A stretch of 64,000 bases of DNA from a virus. The position numbers and the translations under genes are program-made. The notes under the pieces are model-generated. The model was not told the DNA's origin and did no database searches. It saw only the letters and a program-made list of their open reading frames with translations. The stretch covers positions 32,001 to 96,000 of the IMG/VR virus record IMGVR_UViG_3300023109_003600. One strand, written 5' to 3'. Positions within the stretch are counted from its first letter, which is position 1. Each line of letters opens with the position of its first letter. This document shows positions 37,026-47,587 of the stretch, piece after piece.

Positions 37026-37838
37026 ATGAAACTAGCTATAGTTATACCATATAGGTCAAGGAAAGATTATTTAGATATTTTCCTAAAATCTACCGCAAAG
37101 TATATTGAATCTAAAAATAGAATCAATAAAAAAGATTACAATTTTATCCTTGCAGAACAGCTAGATAATAAATTATTTAATCGAGGGCTGGCTATTAACA
37201 TAGGCGCAGAATACGCAAATAAATATAATCTTGGAGAATATTTCATATTTCATGACGTAGACACAATTCCACTGAGCGGCATTGATTATAAATACAATCA
37301 ACTAACAGAATGGTGGTTTTTGTGCGCGGGAGGATTTAAAATACACTCTCGAGACTTTGAGTCAGTCAATGGGTTTAGCAATAATTATAAAGGGTGGGGT
37401 TTTGAAGATACAGATTTTCAAAATAGATTATTTCACTTCAATAAAGACCCTTTCTTTTGGCCAAAATTAGGCAAAGAAAAAAAATCAACCATGCTTGATC
37501 TAGAAATCAAAGATTTAGAATCAAATCAAGAAAGCAAGAGGTATTTTGAAGAAACAATGCTTCGAAAAGGCCTTGGAAAATACCAAGGCTTCCCAAGATA
37601 TATGTCATTAAAAGACCTAGGAATTGAACATGAAAGAGCAGACAAATCAAAATTATGGTACCAAGAGGATTTAATTAAAGAAAACAAAGCTTTATTAGAT
37701 AAAATTCAAGAACAATTTAGCTCAGAAGAAAAAACAAAACTTTATAATTCAGATGGTTTTTCGCAATCAAAATTTTACCCAACCCAAGAATGCAAAGACT
37801 TTGGGAACTTTCACAGAATAGGATTCTATACGGAATGA
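37026..37838 (+). CDS. GT7 (beta-1,4-galactosyltransferase-like) glycosyltransferase
   Basis: IVIPYR, FNRGLAIN, FHDVD, NGFSNNYKGWGFED; upstream TTGACA-17-TAACAT at 36988-37016. Confidence 0.85.
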   Translation: MKLAIVIPYRSRKDYLDIFLKSTAKYIESKNRINKKDYNFILAEQLDNKLFNRGLAINIGAEYANKYNLGEYFIFHDVDTIPLSGIDYKYNQLTEWWFLCAGGFKIHSRDFESVNGFSNNYKGWGFEDTDFQNRLFHFNKDPFFWPKLGKEKKSTMLDLEIKDLESNQESKRYFEETMLRKGLGKYQGFPRYMSLKDLGIEHERADKSKLWYQEDLIKENKALLDKIQEQFSSEEKTKLYNSDGFSQSKFYPTQECKDFGNFHRIGFYTE

Positions 37839-37875
37839 ACTTGACTTTAATTAATAAATAATGTATCATCATACT

Positions 37876-38124
37876 ATGAAAAATAAAAAAGAAAACACAA
37901 TTAAAAATCTATATCGCACGTTTTTTTCTTCAAGGTTTTTGCTAGTTTATAAAAACAATGCTGGCAAGATTAAAACATACGAAATCTCAAAACCAGAACT
38001 AGATCACTCTTTCGGCAATAAGAATGAACATAGAAACAATGCTGGGTTTAGAGCTTTTTGTTTTGGCAGAAAAGAATTTAGGTCTTTTCGGCATGACAGA
38101 ATCGTTTCTTTAACGAAATCATAA
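37876..38124 (+). CDS. Stand-alone WYL-like domain protein
   Basis: AFCFGRKEFRSFRHDRI matches the WYL C-terminal motif; upstream TTGACT-17-TATCAT at 37841-37869. Confidence 0.65.
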   Translation: MKNKKENTIKNLYRTFFSSRFLLVYKNNAGKIKTYEISKPELDHSFGNKNEHRNNAGFRAFCFGRKEFRSFRHDRIVSLTKS

Positions 38125-38127
38125 AAT

Positions 38128-38358
38128 ATGGCAGAGTTCTACCAAAAGTATAGCTTAAACGCTGAAAGTTGCGAAAAGCTTGTTAAAAAAAATGAATATA
38201 CCTTCTATAAGGTTGTAGAAACTAAACTTAAAATACCCCTAAAGCAATTAAATACATTTGTTATCGAGTGCGAAGCAAGCGGATATATTATCAACCAACT
38301 ACAAAAAGATAATCAAAATAATTCGTGTACAATTTGGTTGCATCATAAAATTTTATGA
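38128..38358 (+). CDS. Hypothetical protein
   Basis: 76 aa ORF. Confidence 0.6.
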   Translation: MAEFYQKYSLNAESCEKLVKKNEYTFYKVVETKLKIPLKQLNTFVIECEASGYIINQLQKDNQNNSCTIWLHHKIL

Positions 38359-38489
38359 ACAGCGCAGGCAATGGCAAAGGAGATTCTCCAAGAAATATTT
38401 TTTCTCAGAATTATACAAAAAATTACGAAAGCATAAATTGGAAAAAGCCGAAGGTCAAAAAAAAAATAAAAACAAAAAACAAAAAATAG
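38355..38489 (+). CDS. Small basic phage protein (GKGDSPR type; not in the ORF track)
   Basis: MNSAGNGKGDSPRNIFSQNYTKNYESINWKK..., 44 aa, ATGA overlap. Confidence 0.65.
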   Translation: MNSAGNGKGDSPRNIFSQNYTKNYESINWKKPKVKKKIKTKNKK

Positions 38490-38524
38490 TGGACGATATA
38501 CATTAACATGTGTATATATATTAC

Positions 38525-38935
38525 ATGAAAGTAGTAGCAGTCAGCGGGTACTTTGACCCAATACATGTCGGACACCTAGAATATCTAGAGCAAGCAAAAA
38601 AATTAGGAGATAAACTTGTTGTAATCGTAAACAATGATTATCAATGTACCTTAAAAAAGGATAGACCCTTCATGAAAGAAAATGATAGGTTAAAAATTGT
38701 TTCAGCATTAAAAGTTGTAGATGAAGCTTTTTTGTCTATAGATCAAGATAAAAGCGTATGCCTTTCTTTAGAGCATATCAAGCCTAATATTTTTGCAAAT
38801 GGAGGAGATAGGACCTTAGGAGAAATTCCAGAGTCGAAAATTATGAAAAAATTTAATATAGACATGGTGGACGGATTAGGAGACAAGATTAGAAGCTCTT
38901 CAGATCTTACGGGATTGAAGCAAAAAAACGCCTAG
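38525..38935 (+). CDS. Cytidylyltransferase-family (TagD/RfaE/FAD-synthase-like) protein
   Basis: SGYFDPIHVGH, VNND, FANGGDR, RSSS. Confidence 0.88.
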   Translation: MKVVAVSGYFDPIHVGHLEYLEQAKKLGDKLVVIVNNDYQCTLKKDRPFMKENDRLKIVSALKVVDEAFLSIDQDKSVCLSLEHIKPNIFANGGDRTLGEIPESKIMKKFNIDMVDGLGDKIRSSSDLTGLKQKNA

Positions 38936-38969
38936 CCCGATAAAAAAATTAAAAAAGATTCAAACCAAA

Positions 38970-39137
38970 GTGGACGATAGACAAAAAAAATACCTTTCCT
39001 CAGAAAAAGGAAAAAATGCCGCAATGAAGGCTAAAAAAAAGTACGACGAGAAAGATAAAGAAAAAAGAAAAGCGCAAAAAAGAGATTACATGAGGAGAAA
39101 GAGGTTAGAAAACCCAAACTATTGCAAATGGAAGTAA
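38970..39137 (+). CDS. Small Lys/Arg-rich protein (not in the ORF track)
   Basis: GTG start; MDDRQKKYLSSEKGK...RDYMRRKRLENPNYCKWK, 55 aa. Confidence 0.6.
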   Translation: MDDRQKKYLSSEKGKNAAMKAKKKYDEKDKEKRKAQKRDYMRRKRLENPNYCKWK

Positions 39138-39838
39138 GGGCATTTCAGATATATTATGAAGATAGTCAGGCAGAAAATCTACTTCCAGGATTTATTCCTT
39201 ATTTCAATACACATACTGATATTTTTTTAGAAAGCTCTGTTATTTCAAGAATTGAAAAAGAGAATCGACACCTAAATTATAATTGGTTAGGAGTTTTTTC
39301 TCACAAAGTTAACAAAAAACTGATTCAAGATTCAATGTATGGAGATTTTAACTTTAAAAGAATTGAATATATGTGCAACCATAGATCGGCACAAGATTAT
39401 GATATTCTTGCGCCAAAACCCTCTAGATATCCCTGGAAAAACGTTCGCAAACACCATCAACCGAGAGAACAGCATGCTGCGAAACACTTATGGCGCGGCT
39501 TCGATGTACTTTTACAGAAATTAAAAATACCAAACCTTAACAACGGAAACTACCTCGATAAAGAATTAAACATGATTTATACAAACTCTTTTATGGCAAA
39601 AAAACAAGTAATGAGAGATTTTATAGAGTCTATGCTTGATCCAGCAATAAAACTCATTGAGACCGACGAAGAGTTGCACCGACTATGCCGAAATAATGCG
39701 AATTATAATCGCCCTGTTCCAGAAAATTTTACAAAATTTACTGGCATGACATATTGGCCAGTAGCGCCATTCATCCTAGAAAGAATGATAAACACATATA
39801 TCTTAACGCACAGCAAAAAAGTTCTTTACTCTTTATGA
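39128..39838 (+). CDS. Putative glycosylation-related protein
   Basis: FQIYY, GVFSHK, PFILER motifs; lies within the glycosyltransferase island. Confidence 0.55.
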   Translation: MEVRAFQIYYEDSQAENLLPGFIPYFNTHTDIFLESSVISRIEKENRHLNYNWLGVFSHKVNKKLIQDSMYGDFNFKRIEYMCNHRSAQDYDILAPKPSRYPWKNVRKHHQPREQHAAKHLWRGFDVLLQKLKIPNLNNGNYLDKELNMIYTNSFMAKKQVMRDFIESMLDPAIKLIETDEELHRLCRNNANYNRPVPENFTKFTGMTYWPVAPFILERMINTYILTHSKKVLYSL

Positions 39839-40572
39839 AAATTTTAAATATTATTACTCCATGTTCCAGACCAGAGAACTTAAAATCTTTATTTAAAAGT
39901 ATACAGAAACCAGACGATACGGAGGTTTACTGGTATATAGTATATGACCTCGGAATTAAGCCTGAGTTAGGACTGCCCAAGCAATATAATGGCATAAATA
40001 TAATTGAACACTTGGCTGATAAAAAATCTGTATCAGGAAACAATTTAAGAAACTGGGCTTTAGATCAAATAACAGAAGGCTTTGTTTATTTATTGGACGA
40101 TGACAATATATTCAATCCAAATTTTTGGTTATTTTTTAATTCTTTTAAAAAAAATTATTTTCACAGTTTTTTAACTGAATTTATTGCTCCAGATAATATA
40201 GTTATACGAAAATTCAGAAACGAATGGCATGTCTTTACGTCAGGAAGAATAAGAGGCGCAAGAAATGTGAAAATTACTAGGGGGGCGGGCATGCCAACTT
40301 TTGAATTGGCTATGGAACGTTACCCAGAGCTTTTAAAAAAAGTGCCAAACTACAGAGTTTATCTTTATCCCTGTATGCCTAAAGTTGACCATATAGATAG
40401 CTCTATGTGTTGCGTAGATCGGAGTCTTATTGGAGATTCTCGTTTTCAAGAAAACGCTTACAACGCAGATAGCATATTTCTTGAAGAAGTATTCTTAAAA
40501 TCTAGACAAAATTTTTCTTACATAGATGAATATCTTGGATACTACAACTATTTAGAACGATCCAAAACCTAG
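39835..40572 (+). CDS. GT2-like glycosyltransferase
   Basis: IITPCSRPENL, RNWAL, YLLDDDN, YNAD. Confidence 0.8.
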   Translation: MKILNIITPCSRPENLKSLFKSIQKPDDTEVYWYIVYDLGIKPELGLPKQYNGINIIEHLADKKSVSGNNLRNWALDQITEGFVYLLDDDNIFNPNFWLFFNSFKKNYFHSFLTEFIAPDNIVIRKFRNEWHVFTSGRIRGARNVKITRGAGMPTFELAMERYPELLKKVPNYRVYLYPCMPKVDHIDSSMCCVDRSLIGDSRFQENAYNADSIFLEEVFLKSRQNFSYIDEYLGYYNYLERSKT

Positions 40573-40573
40573 T

Positions 40574-41152
40574 ATGGCCAGAGTGTTTCAAATAGGTTTT
40601 AATAAGTGCGGGACAAGATCGCTTTACAAGCTTTTCGCAGACAACTCAATTCCTGCCCTGCACTGGCATACAGACCAAGGAAGAATTGCAAAAAAAATGC
40701 TTAAAAATTTTTTAAACGGAGAAAATATTATCCCAAAAGATTACGATAAGATTATTTTTTTTTCTGACTTAGAAGATGTTTACGGCTCAAATTATTTGCC
40801 TATATTTGCTTACAGGTTTTATCGAGAGATATTTTATCAATTTCCAGATGCAAAATTTATCCTCAACATAAGACCTTTAAATGAGTGGCTCAACTCAAGG
40901 GTAAGCCATGACGACGGCAAATACCTAAATCATTGTTTAAGTATGCTTAAAATATCAAAAACGGAACTAATAAAACATTGGGAGTCCCATTTTTTAAATC
41001 ATGCAGCAGAGGTTCAAAATTTTTTCAAAGATAAACAAGAAAAGCTTTTAACTTTTAATATTTCTACGGACAATGTAAGTAAAGTGATTGACTTTTTTCC
41101 AGAATTTAATCTTCAAGCAAAACATTGGCAAAAAATTTCTAAAGGTATATAA
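40574..41152 (+). CDS. Sulfotransferase-like P-loop protein
   Basis: IGFNKCGTRSL, FPDAKFILNIR..WLNSR. Confidence 0.8.
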   Translation: MARVFQIGFNKCGTRSLYKLFADNSIPALHWHTDQGRIAKKMLKNFLNGENIIPKDYDKIIFFSDLEDVYGSNYLPIFAYRFYREIFYQFPDAKFILNIRPLNEWLNSRVSHDDGKYLNHCLSMLKISKTELIKHWESHFLNHAAEVQNFFKDKQEKLLTFNISTDNVSKVIDFFPEFNLQAKHWQKISKGI

Positions 41153-41157
41153 TAGGT

Positions 41158-41799
41158 ATGATACAAAAAAACTTCTTTCAAACCTGGAGAGAAGAAGAAC
41201 TTTCTTCTTATTCAGACGGGAAAATAGGCCTGCAATCAAAGAATTCTATACTTAAATTTTTTAAAGATTACAGATACAGATTATGGACAGACGAGAAAAT
41301 GCATTCTTATATGAATACGCAGCCTTCTTTGTGGAAAAACACCTTTAATTGCTTAGATCACCACATAAAAAAGGTAGATTTTTTTCGCTATGTTTTAATT
41401 TATAATTTTGGAGGTTTTTACGCCGACTTAGATTTTATTTTTTTACAGCCTTTACCAGACAAAGTTAACTCTTGCGATTTTGTTTCTTATAAAGCAAATA
41501 GAAACATTGAATTACGAACCGCATGCTTTGAAGAAGACCCTGAAGGCAAGTGGGTTGTCGGGCAGGCGTTTTTTGGAGCGCCAAAGCAATCCTATTTTTT
41601 GAAATGTATTTTAAACGAGATTTCTTCCGCTTTTAATGTTCACGATAGCCCTCTTCTGGATACTGGGCCAGAAAGACTAAACGAAATTTTCCGAAAAAAA
41701 GATTTATTTAAAAGAAATATACATATTTTTAATATGTCTGAGTTTGCAAATGGCTCTGGAACTCATGCAAACCATTATACTCACTCGATATGGGCTTAA
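41158..41799 (+). CDS. GT32 (DXD sugar-binding) glycosyltransferase
   Basis: FQTW, DFFRY, GGFYADLD, TGP. Confidence 0.85.
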   Translation: MIQKNFFQTWREEELSSYSDGKIGLQSKNSILKFFKDYRYRLWTDEKMHSYMNTQPSLWKNTFNCLDHHIKKVDFFRYVLIYNFGGFYADLDFIFLQPLPDKVNSCDFVSYKANRNIELRTACFEEDPEGKWVVGQAFFGAPKQSYFLKCILNEISSAFNVHDSPLLDTGPERLNEIFRKKDLFKRNIHIFNMSEFANGSGTHANHYTHSIWA

Positions 41800-42764
41800 T
41801 GGGCATTAATTATGGCTCAGGCCTTGGAACTCAACTATATGTAGCTTTTTTTCAAAAGCAGGCAAAGTTACGTGGGGCGACAGTTAAAACAAATCCTTCT
41901 TTAAAAGAAGGAGAAGGTCTAGATGTTTGCTTGCATTTAGAATCATTAAATATAAATTTATTAAAAAGATCAAAAATTAATGTACTACTACCTTATCCAG
42001 AGCATTTTTTTAGTATAGACAATCTTGATAAAATTCATTATATTCTTTGTGCTTCAGAACTATGCAGGAATTTGTTTTTAGATTTAAAATACGTATATAA
42101 TTTTACCTACGAAGTTGTATATATTAGTTCAACAAGCTTAGTCCCACCCAAAATAGATCTTAAAAATTTAAATTATGAAAAATTCTTACATTTATCTGGA
42201 GTTTCGCCATTAAAGAATACTCGAATAGTTTTAGAAACCTGGTTATCTGAACCAAATTTCCCAGAACTTAATTTAGTTTGCTTAGATAGGCCAGAATATA
42301 GAAGTTGCTTCAGGGAGTGCGAACATTTAATAGTAAAAGCTCAAAAATCAAAAAATATAAAAATCTTTTCTAAGAAGTTGAAGGAATCAGATAAATTCAG
42401 CCTGCAGTCAAATTGTGGTTTTGCCATTTGCCCCAGCGAAGCAGAATCTTTTGGGCACTACATAAACGAAGCGAAAGGTTTTGGGTCAATTGTTATATCC
42501 ACAGATTATCCTCCTATGAATGAGCTAATTCGTTCAGACTTTGGCTTTTTACTTAACTCGACAAGCAAAACAGAAAGAGGATTTTTTTCTATTCCCCTGC
42601 AAACCTTTAAGCATGCAGAGTTAAAACGATCAGTAAATTTTTTAACTAATTTGTCGCTAGAAAATAAATTACAAATGTCTCAAATTGCTAGAGATAGTTT
42701 TATTAAAAATGATTTATTTTGCAAATACGAGTTTAACAAGTTCCTGAATAAGGTTTCCAAATAA
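41799..42764 (+). CDS. GT4-like glycosyltransferase
   Basis: CPSEAESFGHYINEA, TDYPPMNELI. Confidence 0.75.
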   Translation: MGINYGSGLGTQLYVAFFQKQAKLRGATVKTNPSLKEGEGLDVCLHLESLNINLLKRSKINVLLPYPEHFFSIDNLDKIHYILCASELCRNLFLDLKYVYNFTYEVVYISSTSLVPPKIDLKNLNYEKFLHLSGVSPLKNTRIVLETWLSEPNFPELNLVCLDRPEYRSCFRECEHLIVKAQKSKNIKIFSKKLKESDKFSLQSNCGFAICPSEAESFGHYINEAKGFGSIVISTDYPPMNELIRSDFGFLLNSTSKTERGFFSIPLQTFKHAELKRSVNFLTNLSLENKLQMSQIARDSFIKNDLFCKYEFNKFLNKVSK

Positions 42765-42768
42765 TATA

Positions 42769-43629
42769 ATGAATCTTGAACTTCAAAATTATGCCCAATA
42801 CAAAAATGCATCACTAAAGTTTTTGTCAAAAGATTTGTATTTGAAGACTAGCTTAATCAACGATTATCAATTTTATAAAGAGAATTGTATTAAAAAGTGT
42901 ATATCCTTAATAGGGTTATGGGATTGTGAGTTTTTTCATTTTTTATTTAATTATTTAATTTATTTTAAAGATTTAGAGCAGTTAGATACGGACGATTACA
43001 AGATATTATTAAGACAACATGAAAGAAACTCTTGGCAATCGGGGTGGATTAAAAAAATTGCTCCGAAATTACATTCAAATATTCTTTATCTTAATGAGGG
43101 CGAAGAAATTTATTTCGAACATCTTATAATGCTTGGGCCAAACCATCAATTATTTCACAGAGAGCTCGATAAATATAGAATCTTATGGTTGAAGAACAAA
43201 ATATTTTCAGACACTAAAAATGATAAAAGAACATTAATTTTGATTAAGCGATCTTTTAGCAGAGTCTTAAAAAATTGGGATAAAGTATTTGAACTATGCA
43301 GAAGTTATTGTCGAAAACACAATTTAACGCTTGATATCTTTGACGATTCTTCTAACTTAGGCTCTATAGAACATCAAGCCTTAAGGTTTAAAAAAGCAAA
43401 ATTGATCATCGGTAGCCATGGAGCGGGATTCATCAATCTTATTGCCTGCGACAGTGATGCAAGCTTAATTGAGTTTTTATATTTTAGAAAACCAAGAAAT
43501 AGTTATGACGGACAATGCTATAAAAAATTATGCGAAATATTAAAAATTCGGCATCATTCTATATTAGTAAACAAAGACCTGCAAACAATATCAATCAAAG
43601 AACTTTCAAACGAGTTAAAATCATTATGA
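42769..43629 (+). CDS. GT61 (DUF563) glycosyltransferase
   Basis: FFHFL, R.SFSR, IIGSHGAGFIN. Confidence 0.8.
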   Translation: MNLELQNYAQYKNASLKFLSKDLYLKTSLINDYQFYKENCIKKCISLIGLWDCEFFHFLFNYLIYFKDLEQLDTDDYKILLRQHERNSWQSGWIKKIAPKLHSNILYLNEGEEIYFEHLIMLGPNHQLFHRELDKYRILWLKNKIFSDTKNDKRTLILIKRSFSRVLKNWDKVFELCRSYCRKHNLTLDIFDDSSNLGSIEHQALRFKKAKLIIGSHGAGFINLIACDSDASLIEFLYFRKPRNSYDGQCYKKLCEILKIRHHSILVNKDLQTISIKELSNELKSL

Positions 43630-44288
43630 AAATATACTATTATTACGACGAGAAATTCAAATCACTTAAAAATAATTTCGAAAAGTCGCTTAAAGATAAT
43701 TTCGAGAAACACCCAATTCAAACAAATAATTTTGATGTTAAGTCAGAAAAATTTTGCAGAGAAGAAATTGGAGGAGGCAGAGATTCTTGGCTAATGAGGT
43801 TCGACGTTATACTAAAAGGTATTAGAGAGAGCATGGGAGAGATAATTTTATTATCTGATGTAGATATAATTTTCTTCAGGCCAGCCACCGAAGCAATACT
43901 TACATGCATGAACCATTCAGACCTCGTATTCCAAAGAGAATCATTTGATCATGGTTTAAATGTAGGCTTTATTGCAATCAAATGCAACAAAGAGACTGAA
44001 AATTTCTGGCAAACAGCTAGAGATATTTGTTATCAAAAAAAATCCTGGGATCAACAAGTAGTAAACGATTTAATCTATAAAGAAAATTATAAAATTAAAT
44101 GGAGTCGCTTTCCTCAGCAATTCTATAATGGGAGCCAATCAAAAGTTTTATCTAAAAACGGACAGCCTTTTTGGGATTTACAAGGTAAAACTCCTAGCGA
44201 TTCTATATTATATCATGCGAACGCGGGAAAAACTTTAAAAGAGAAATTTGCTCAATTTGATATTGTATCTAAACTTATTAGAGTTTGA
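43626..44288 (+). CDS. Nucleotide-diphospho-sugar transferase (GT77-like)
   Basis: SDVDIIFF, NVGF, WDQQVVN, YHAN. Confidence 0.78.
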   Translation: MKIYYYYDEKFKSLKNNFEKSLKDNFEKHPIQTNNFDVKSEKFCREEIGGGRDSWLMRFDVILKGIRESMGEIILLSDVDIIFFRPATEAILTCMNHSDLVFQRESFDHGLNVGFIAIKCNKETENFWQTARDICYQKKSWDQQVVNDLIYKENYKIKWSRFPQQFYNGSQSKVLSKNGQPFWDLQGKTPSDSILYHANAGKTLKEKFAQFDIVSKLIRV

Positions 44289-44899
44289 TGATAGATCACA
44301 GGACTAAATCTATTTTTATTCATATGCCTTGTACTGGAGGAACAAGCATCGAATCAGCTTTACTTAACGATCCGAGTGGCGGGAGATCAGTAGATATTAA
44401 AGAAAAGCATATAAACTCCTTGACGGCCAAAATAATTTACAAACAATACTGGAATGATTATTTTAAATTCAGTTTTGTAAGAAACCCCTGGGGACGCATG
44501 CTTTCTATGATGAAGTTTAGAGATAAAAGCCTATACGGCATAAAAGAATTAGACGGGAAAATTAATCTTGATGAATACTTAAAAATTCACCCATTTATTG
44601 AAGTAGACCCAAGAGCTAGGAATTATAGTAAAAATTGCTACATTAAAGGATCTGTTTATCAAAATTTTTTAAGTGAAGACCTTGATTTTGTCGGCAAATT
44701 TGAAAACCTGCAAGATGATTTTAATAAAGTATGCCGAGAGTTAAACATTGAGTCAAAAGAATTGCCAATTATTAATTCTAGCAACTATAAAACTCCTATC
44801 AAAAATTACTTCAACGAAAGATCTAACAATCAAATTCGAAAAATGTTCGAAAAAGATATATTATATTACAAATACAATGAACCTTGGAAAAATCAGTAA
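44288..44899 (+). CDS. Sulfotransferase family 2 protein
   Basis: FIHMPCTGGTS, FVRNPW, GKFENLQDD. Confidence 0.85.
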   Translation: MIDHRTKSIFIHMPCTGGTSIESALLNDPSGGRSVDIKEKHINSLTAKIIYKQYWNDYFKFSFVRNPWGRMLSMMKFRDKSLYGIKELDGKINLDEYLKIHPFIEVDPRARNYSKNCYIKGSVYQNFLSEDLDFVGKFENLQDDFNKVCRELNIESKELPIINSSNYKTPIKNYFNERSNNQIRKMFEKDILYYKYNEPWKNQ

Positions 44900-45512
44900 A
44901 CAGTTAAAACACGGAGCTCAACTTGGTCAAGACCACTGGGTTTTAGAGTTTTTTAATTATAAAACAAAAGGATATTTTGTAGAGGTTGGAGCTTACGATG
45001 GAATAGAGTACTCAAACACCTATTTAATGGAATCGAGCTATGACTGGGACGGAATTTGTGTTGAAGCAAACCCTTTGACATATAATTATTTAATAAGCAA
45101 TAGAAAATGCCGCATAAGCAACGCTTGCATATATAAAGAATCAGGGAAAACAGTACCATTTTTTAATACCCCGCTTCTCGGAGGGATTGAAGACCACCTA
45201 AACAAAGAACGAATTTCTAAACATAATCTTGAGGGGAACTTGATCAACTTAAAGACTTTATCCCTAAATGATCTTTTAGAAAAATTCAAAGCTCCAGAAT
45301 ATATAGATTATATAAGCATAGATACTGAAGGTTCTGAATTAGAAATTATCAAAAATTTTAATTTTAAAAAATATACAGTAAATTTGTGGACAATAGAGCA
45401 TAACGACGAATTTCAAAGCAAAAACCAATCGGGGGAAATTATTAGTTTTTTTCTATCAATGGGATATAACTATAAATTAGTAGAACATGATATATGGCTT
45501 TTTAAGGAATGA
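44877..45512 (+). CDS. FkbM-family methyltransferase
   Basis: FVEVGAYDG..SNT, WDGICVEAN, IDTEGSE, IEHN. Confidence 0.9.
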   Translation: MNLGKISKQLKHGAQLGQDHWVLEFFNYKTKGYFVEVGAYDGIEYSNTYLMESSYDWDGICVEANPLTYNYLISNRKCRISNACIYKESGKTVPFFNTPLLGGIEDHLNKERISKHNLEGNLINLKTLSLNDLLEKFKAPEYIDYISIDTEGSELEIIKNFNFKKYTVNLWTIEHNDEFQSKNQSGEIISFFLSMGYNYKLVEHDIWLFKE

Positions 45513-46486
45513 AACCTCTATTTAAAAGCGGGCCAAGATGCGAGCACCTTCAATTTACTCCGTGCGGAAAATTTCTTTTAATCTTGGATTTTAAAAATAA
45601 TTGCATATATGCTAATGAAGTTAACGGGCGCGAGATAGTTAAATCTTATATCATTTATTCCCATCAACTTAAGGCTCCGCATAGTTTATTTTTTATAAAT
45701 GAAAAAGATTTTTTTGTAGCAAATCGATGGGGAAATATCGAGCTATTTACCTTGCCATCTTTTGTAAGCAATGTTTCTTCATACAAAATGCAAAGCAAAT
45801 TTACATTAGCAGATGAGCTTATTGATGCGCCGACTTGCATTATTGCCAAAGAAGAGCCAACATGTTTTATATTATTTATAGGCAATGTTTTTAAGCATTC
45901 CATATCAAGATTTAAAATATCTAAACAAAACTATCAAATCATTAGTAAAAATATTTCAGTTTCGGGCGGTGGAGAGCTAATGTTCCCAGATAGTCTTTTG
46001 CTATCTCCTTGCAAAGATTATTTCTTTGTAGCATCTCATGGAACTGGAGAATGCTTAATGTATTCTGCTGAAAAATTTAATCAGCAAGACTCTTTAGCAA
46101 GATTTACAGACATTTTATTCCCGCATGACGTAAGAATTGATAAAGAAGGAAAATTATTTGTAACAGATGCTGGAAGTCCATATGTTTTTGTTTTTGAAAA
46201 GACTTCTGAGCAATGGTTTGGCACTTATAGACCTCATAAATTTTTTAGAGGGGTTGATGTAGGTAATTTTGTTCAAGAAAACTGTGAAGAAGGAGGAATC
46301 AAAGGTATAGATTTCCTTGGAGACTGGATTGCCTTAACATCAGAGCATCAACCTCTAAAAATTATCCATAAAAACGAAATTGAGCTTTCTGACCCATTAA
46401 TAATACGAGATCAGTTACTGGGATTATCAAAGGGCTTAAAAGAAAACCCGAAGTTTTCTCATTCCAAAAAAAATATTTTAATATAA
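45509..46486 (+). CDS. Beta-propeller (NHL/lactonase-like) protein
   Basis: Repeated PH/PD...F.V blade motifs. Confidence 0.6.
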   Translation: MKPLFKSGPRCEHLQFTPCGKFLLILDFKNNCIYANEVNGREIVKSYIIYSHQLKAPHSLFFINEKDFFVANRWGNIELFTLPSFVSNVSSYKMQSKFTLADELIDAPTCIIAKEEPTCFILFIGNVFKHSISRFKISKQNYQIISKNISVSGGGELMFPDSLLLSPCKDYFFVASHGTGECLMYSAEKFNQQDSLARFTDILFPHDVRIDKEGKLFVTDAGSPYVFVFEKTSEQWFGTYRPHKFFRGVDVGNFVQENCEEGGIKGIDFLGDWIALTSEHQPLKIIHKNEIELSDPLIIRDQLLGLSKGLKENPKFSHSKKNILI

Positions 46487-47565
46487 TGCAAAAAATTGTT
46501 TCGAACTTGCCTTTCAGCAATGAAGCGCTGCACTATATTCCTAAATTTAATAGAGCGACTACAGATTATACTTTTTTGCCGACAGATTCTCTTTCGCTAA
46601 ATTCGCACTCCAACCTCAATCCAATACCTCAAAATGGAGATATTTTTATTTATTTTCCGTATTCCAAAAATGAGTGTCTTCTATCGAACAGCCTTGAAGA
46701 GAAAAGAAGAGTTGGAAACTTTAACAAGATTATAATAAATACTTTTAACGAAGGAGGAATAGGGGTCAAAAATGTCTATCATCCTGAATTTTTAAAAGGG
46801 TTTGTTCAAGAGGTTTCTCAGAGATTTCAAGCTAAAACAGTTTTATTGACTCAAAACCAATTAGCAGAGAACGGCCAAGATATATTATATTCTAATATGG
46901 CGTGGGGAGATTATAGGTTTGGCTCAAGTCCGCCAATTAAGGGTCAGTATAAATTTTTGTATTTAAATGGTTACGCAAGAGAAGAAAAAGTTAGGATGAT
47001 AAACGCATTATATTCAAGAGGCTTATTAAACCAATCATTGTGGTCGCTTTTAGATATTAAAGATCAATCTTGCAATCTTGATATCCGTTTAAGAAACCAA
47101 ATTCCAAAAAAAATTCCAGGAGATATCATTGCCAGTAGACCAGCAGGCGAAAATTATCCATTAATTAATTTTATAAATCAAATGCTTTATAAAAGCACCG
47201 ATTTTTCTTTAGTTCAAGAATCGGAAATGCAATCATTTACTAATCGTTATACAGAAAAAACCGTCAAGGCCATTTTACAGAAACACCCATTTATTATAGC
47301 AGGTAATTTTAATACTCTTAAGACCCTAAAGCACGACGGGTTTAAAACATTCAGCCCATATATTAACGAAGAGTATGACGGCATTATAGATTTAGATAAT
47401 AGAATAGACGCAATAACTAGAGAAGTAGAAAGACTTTGCACAATGGCAAAATCATCTTGGTCAGAGCTGAAAGAACGAGTAAAAGAAATATTAGATTATA
47501 ATTACGATCACTTCTTTAAAAAAAACCAATTACATAAAAAAACTTTTAAAGATTTGATTATATGA
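46486..47565 (+). CDS. Conserved phage glycosyltransferase-like protein
   Basis: TEKT.K...HPFII.G...GFKTF...INE.YD motif family. Confidence 0.6.
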   Translation: MQKIVSNLPFSNEALHYIPKFNRATTDYTFLPTDSLSLNSHSNLNPIPQNGDIFIYFPYSKNECLLSNSLEEKRRVGNFNKIIINTFNEGGIGVKNVYHPEFLKGFVQEVSQRFQAKTVLLTQNQLAENGQDILYSNMAWGDYRFGSSPPIKGQYKFLYLNGYAREEKVRMINALYSRGLLNQSLWSLLDIKDQSCNLDIRLRNQIPKKIPGDIIASRPAGENYPLINFINQMLYKSTDFSLVQESEMQSFTNRYTEKTVKAILQKHPFIIAGNFNTLKTLKHDGFKTFSPYINEEYDGIIDLDNRIDAITREVERLCTMAKSSWSELKERVKEILDYNYDHFFKKNQLHKKTFKDLII

Positions 47566-47587
47566 TCTTATATAGCAAGCGTAAAGA

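Noticed and set aside
38488-38979. 11-bp direct repeat AGTGGACGATA flanking the cytidylyltransferase gene
   Set aside because: Only two short copies, one of which is a start-codon region. Could be an insertion scar, but chance cannot be excluded.
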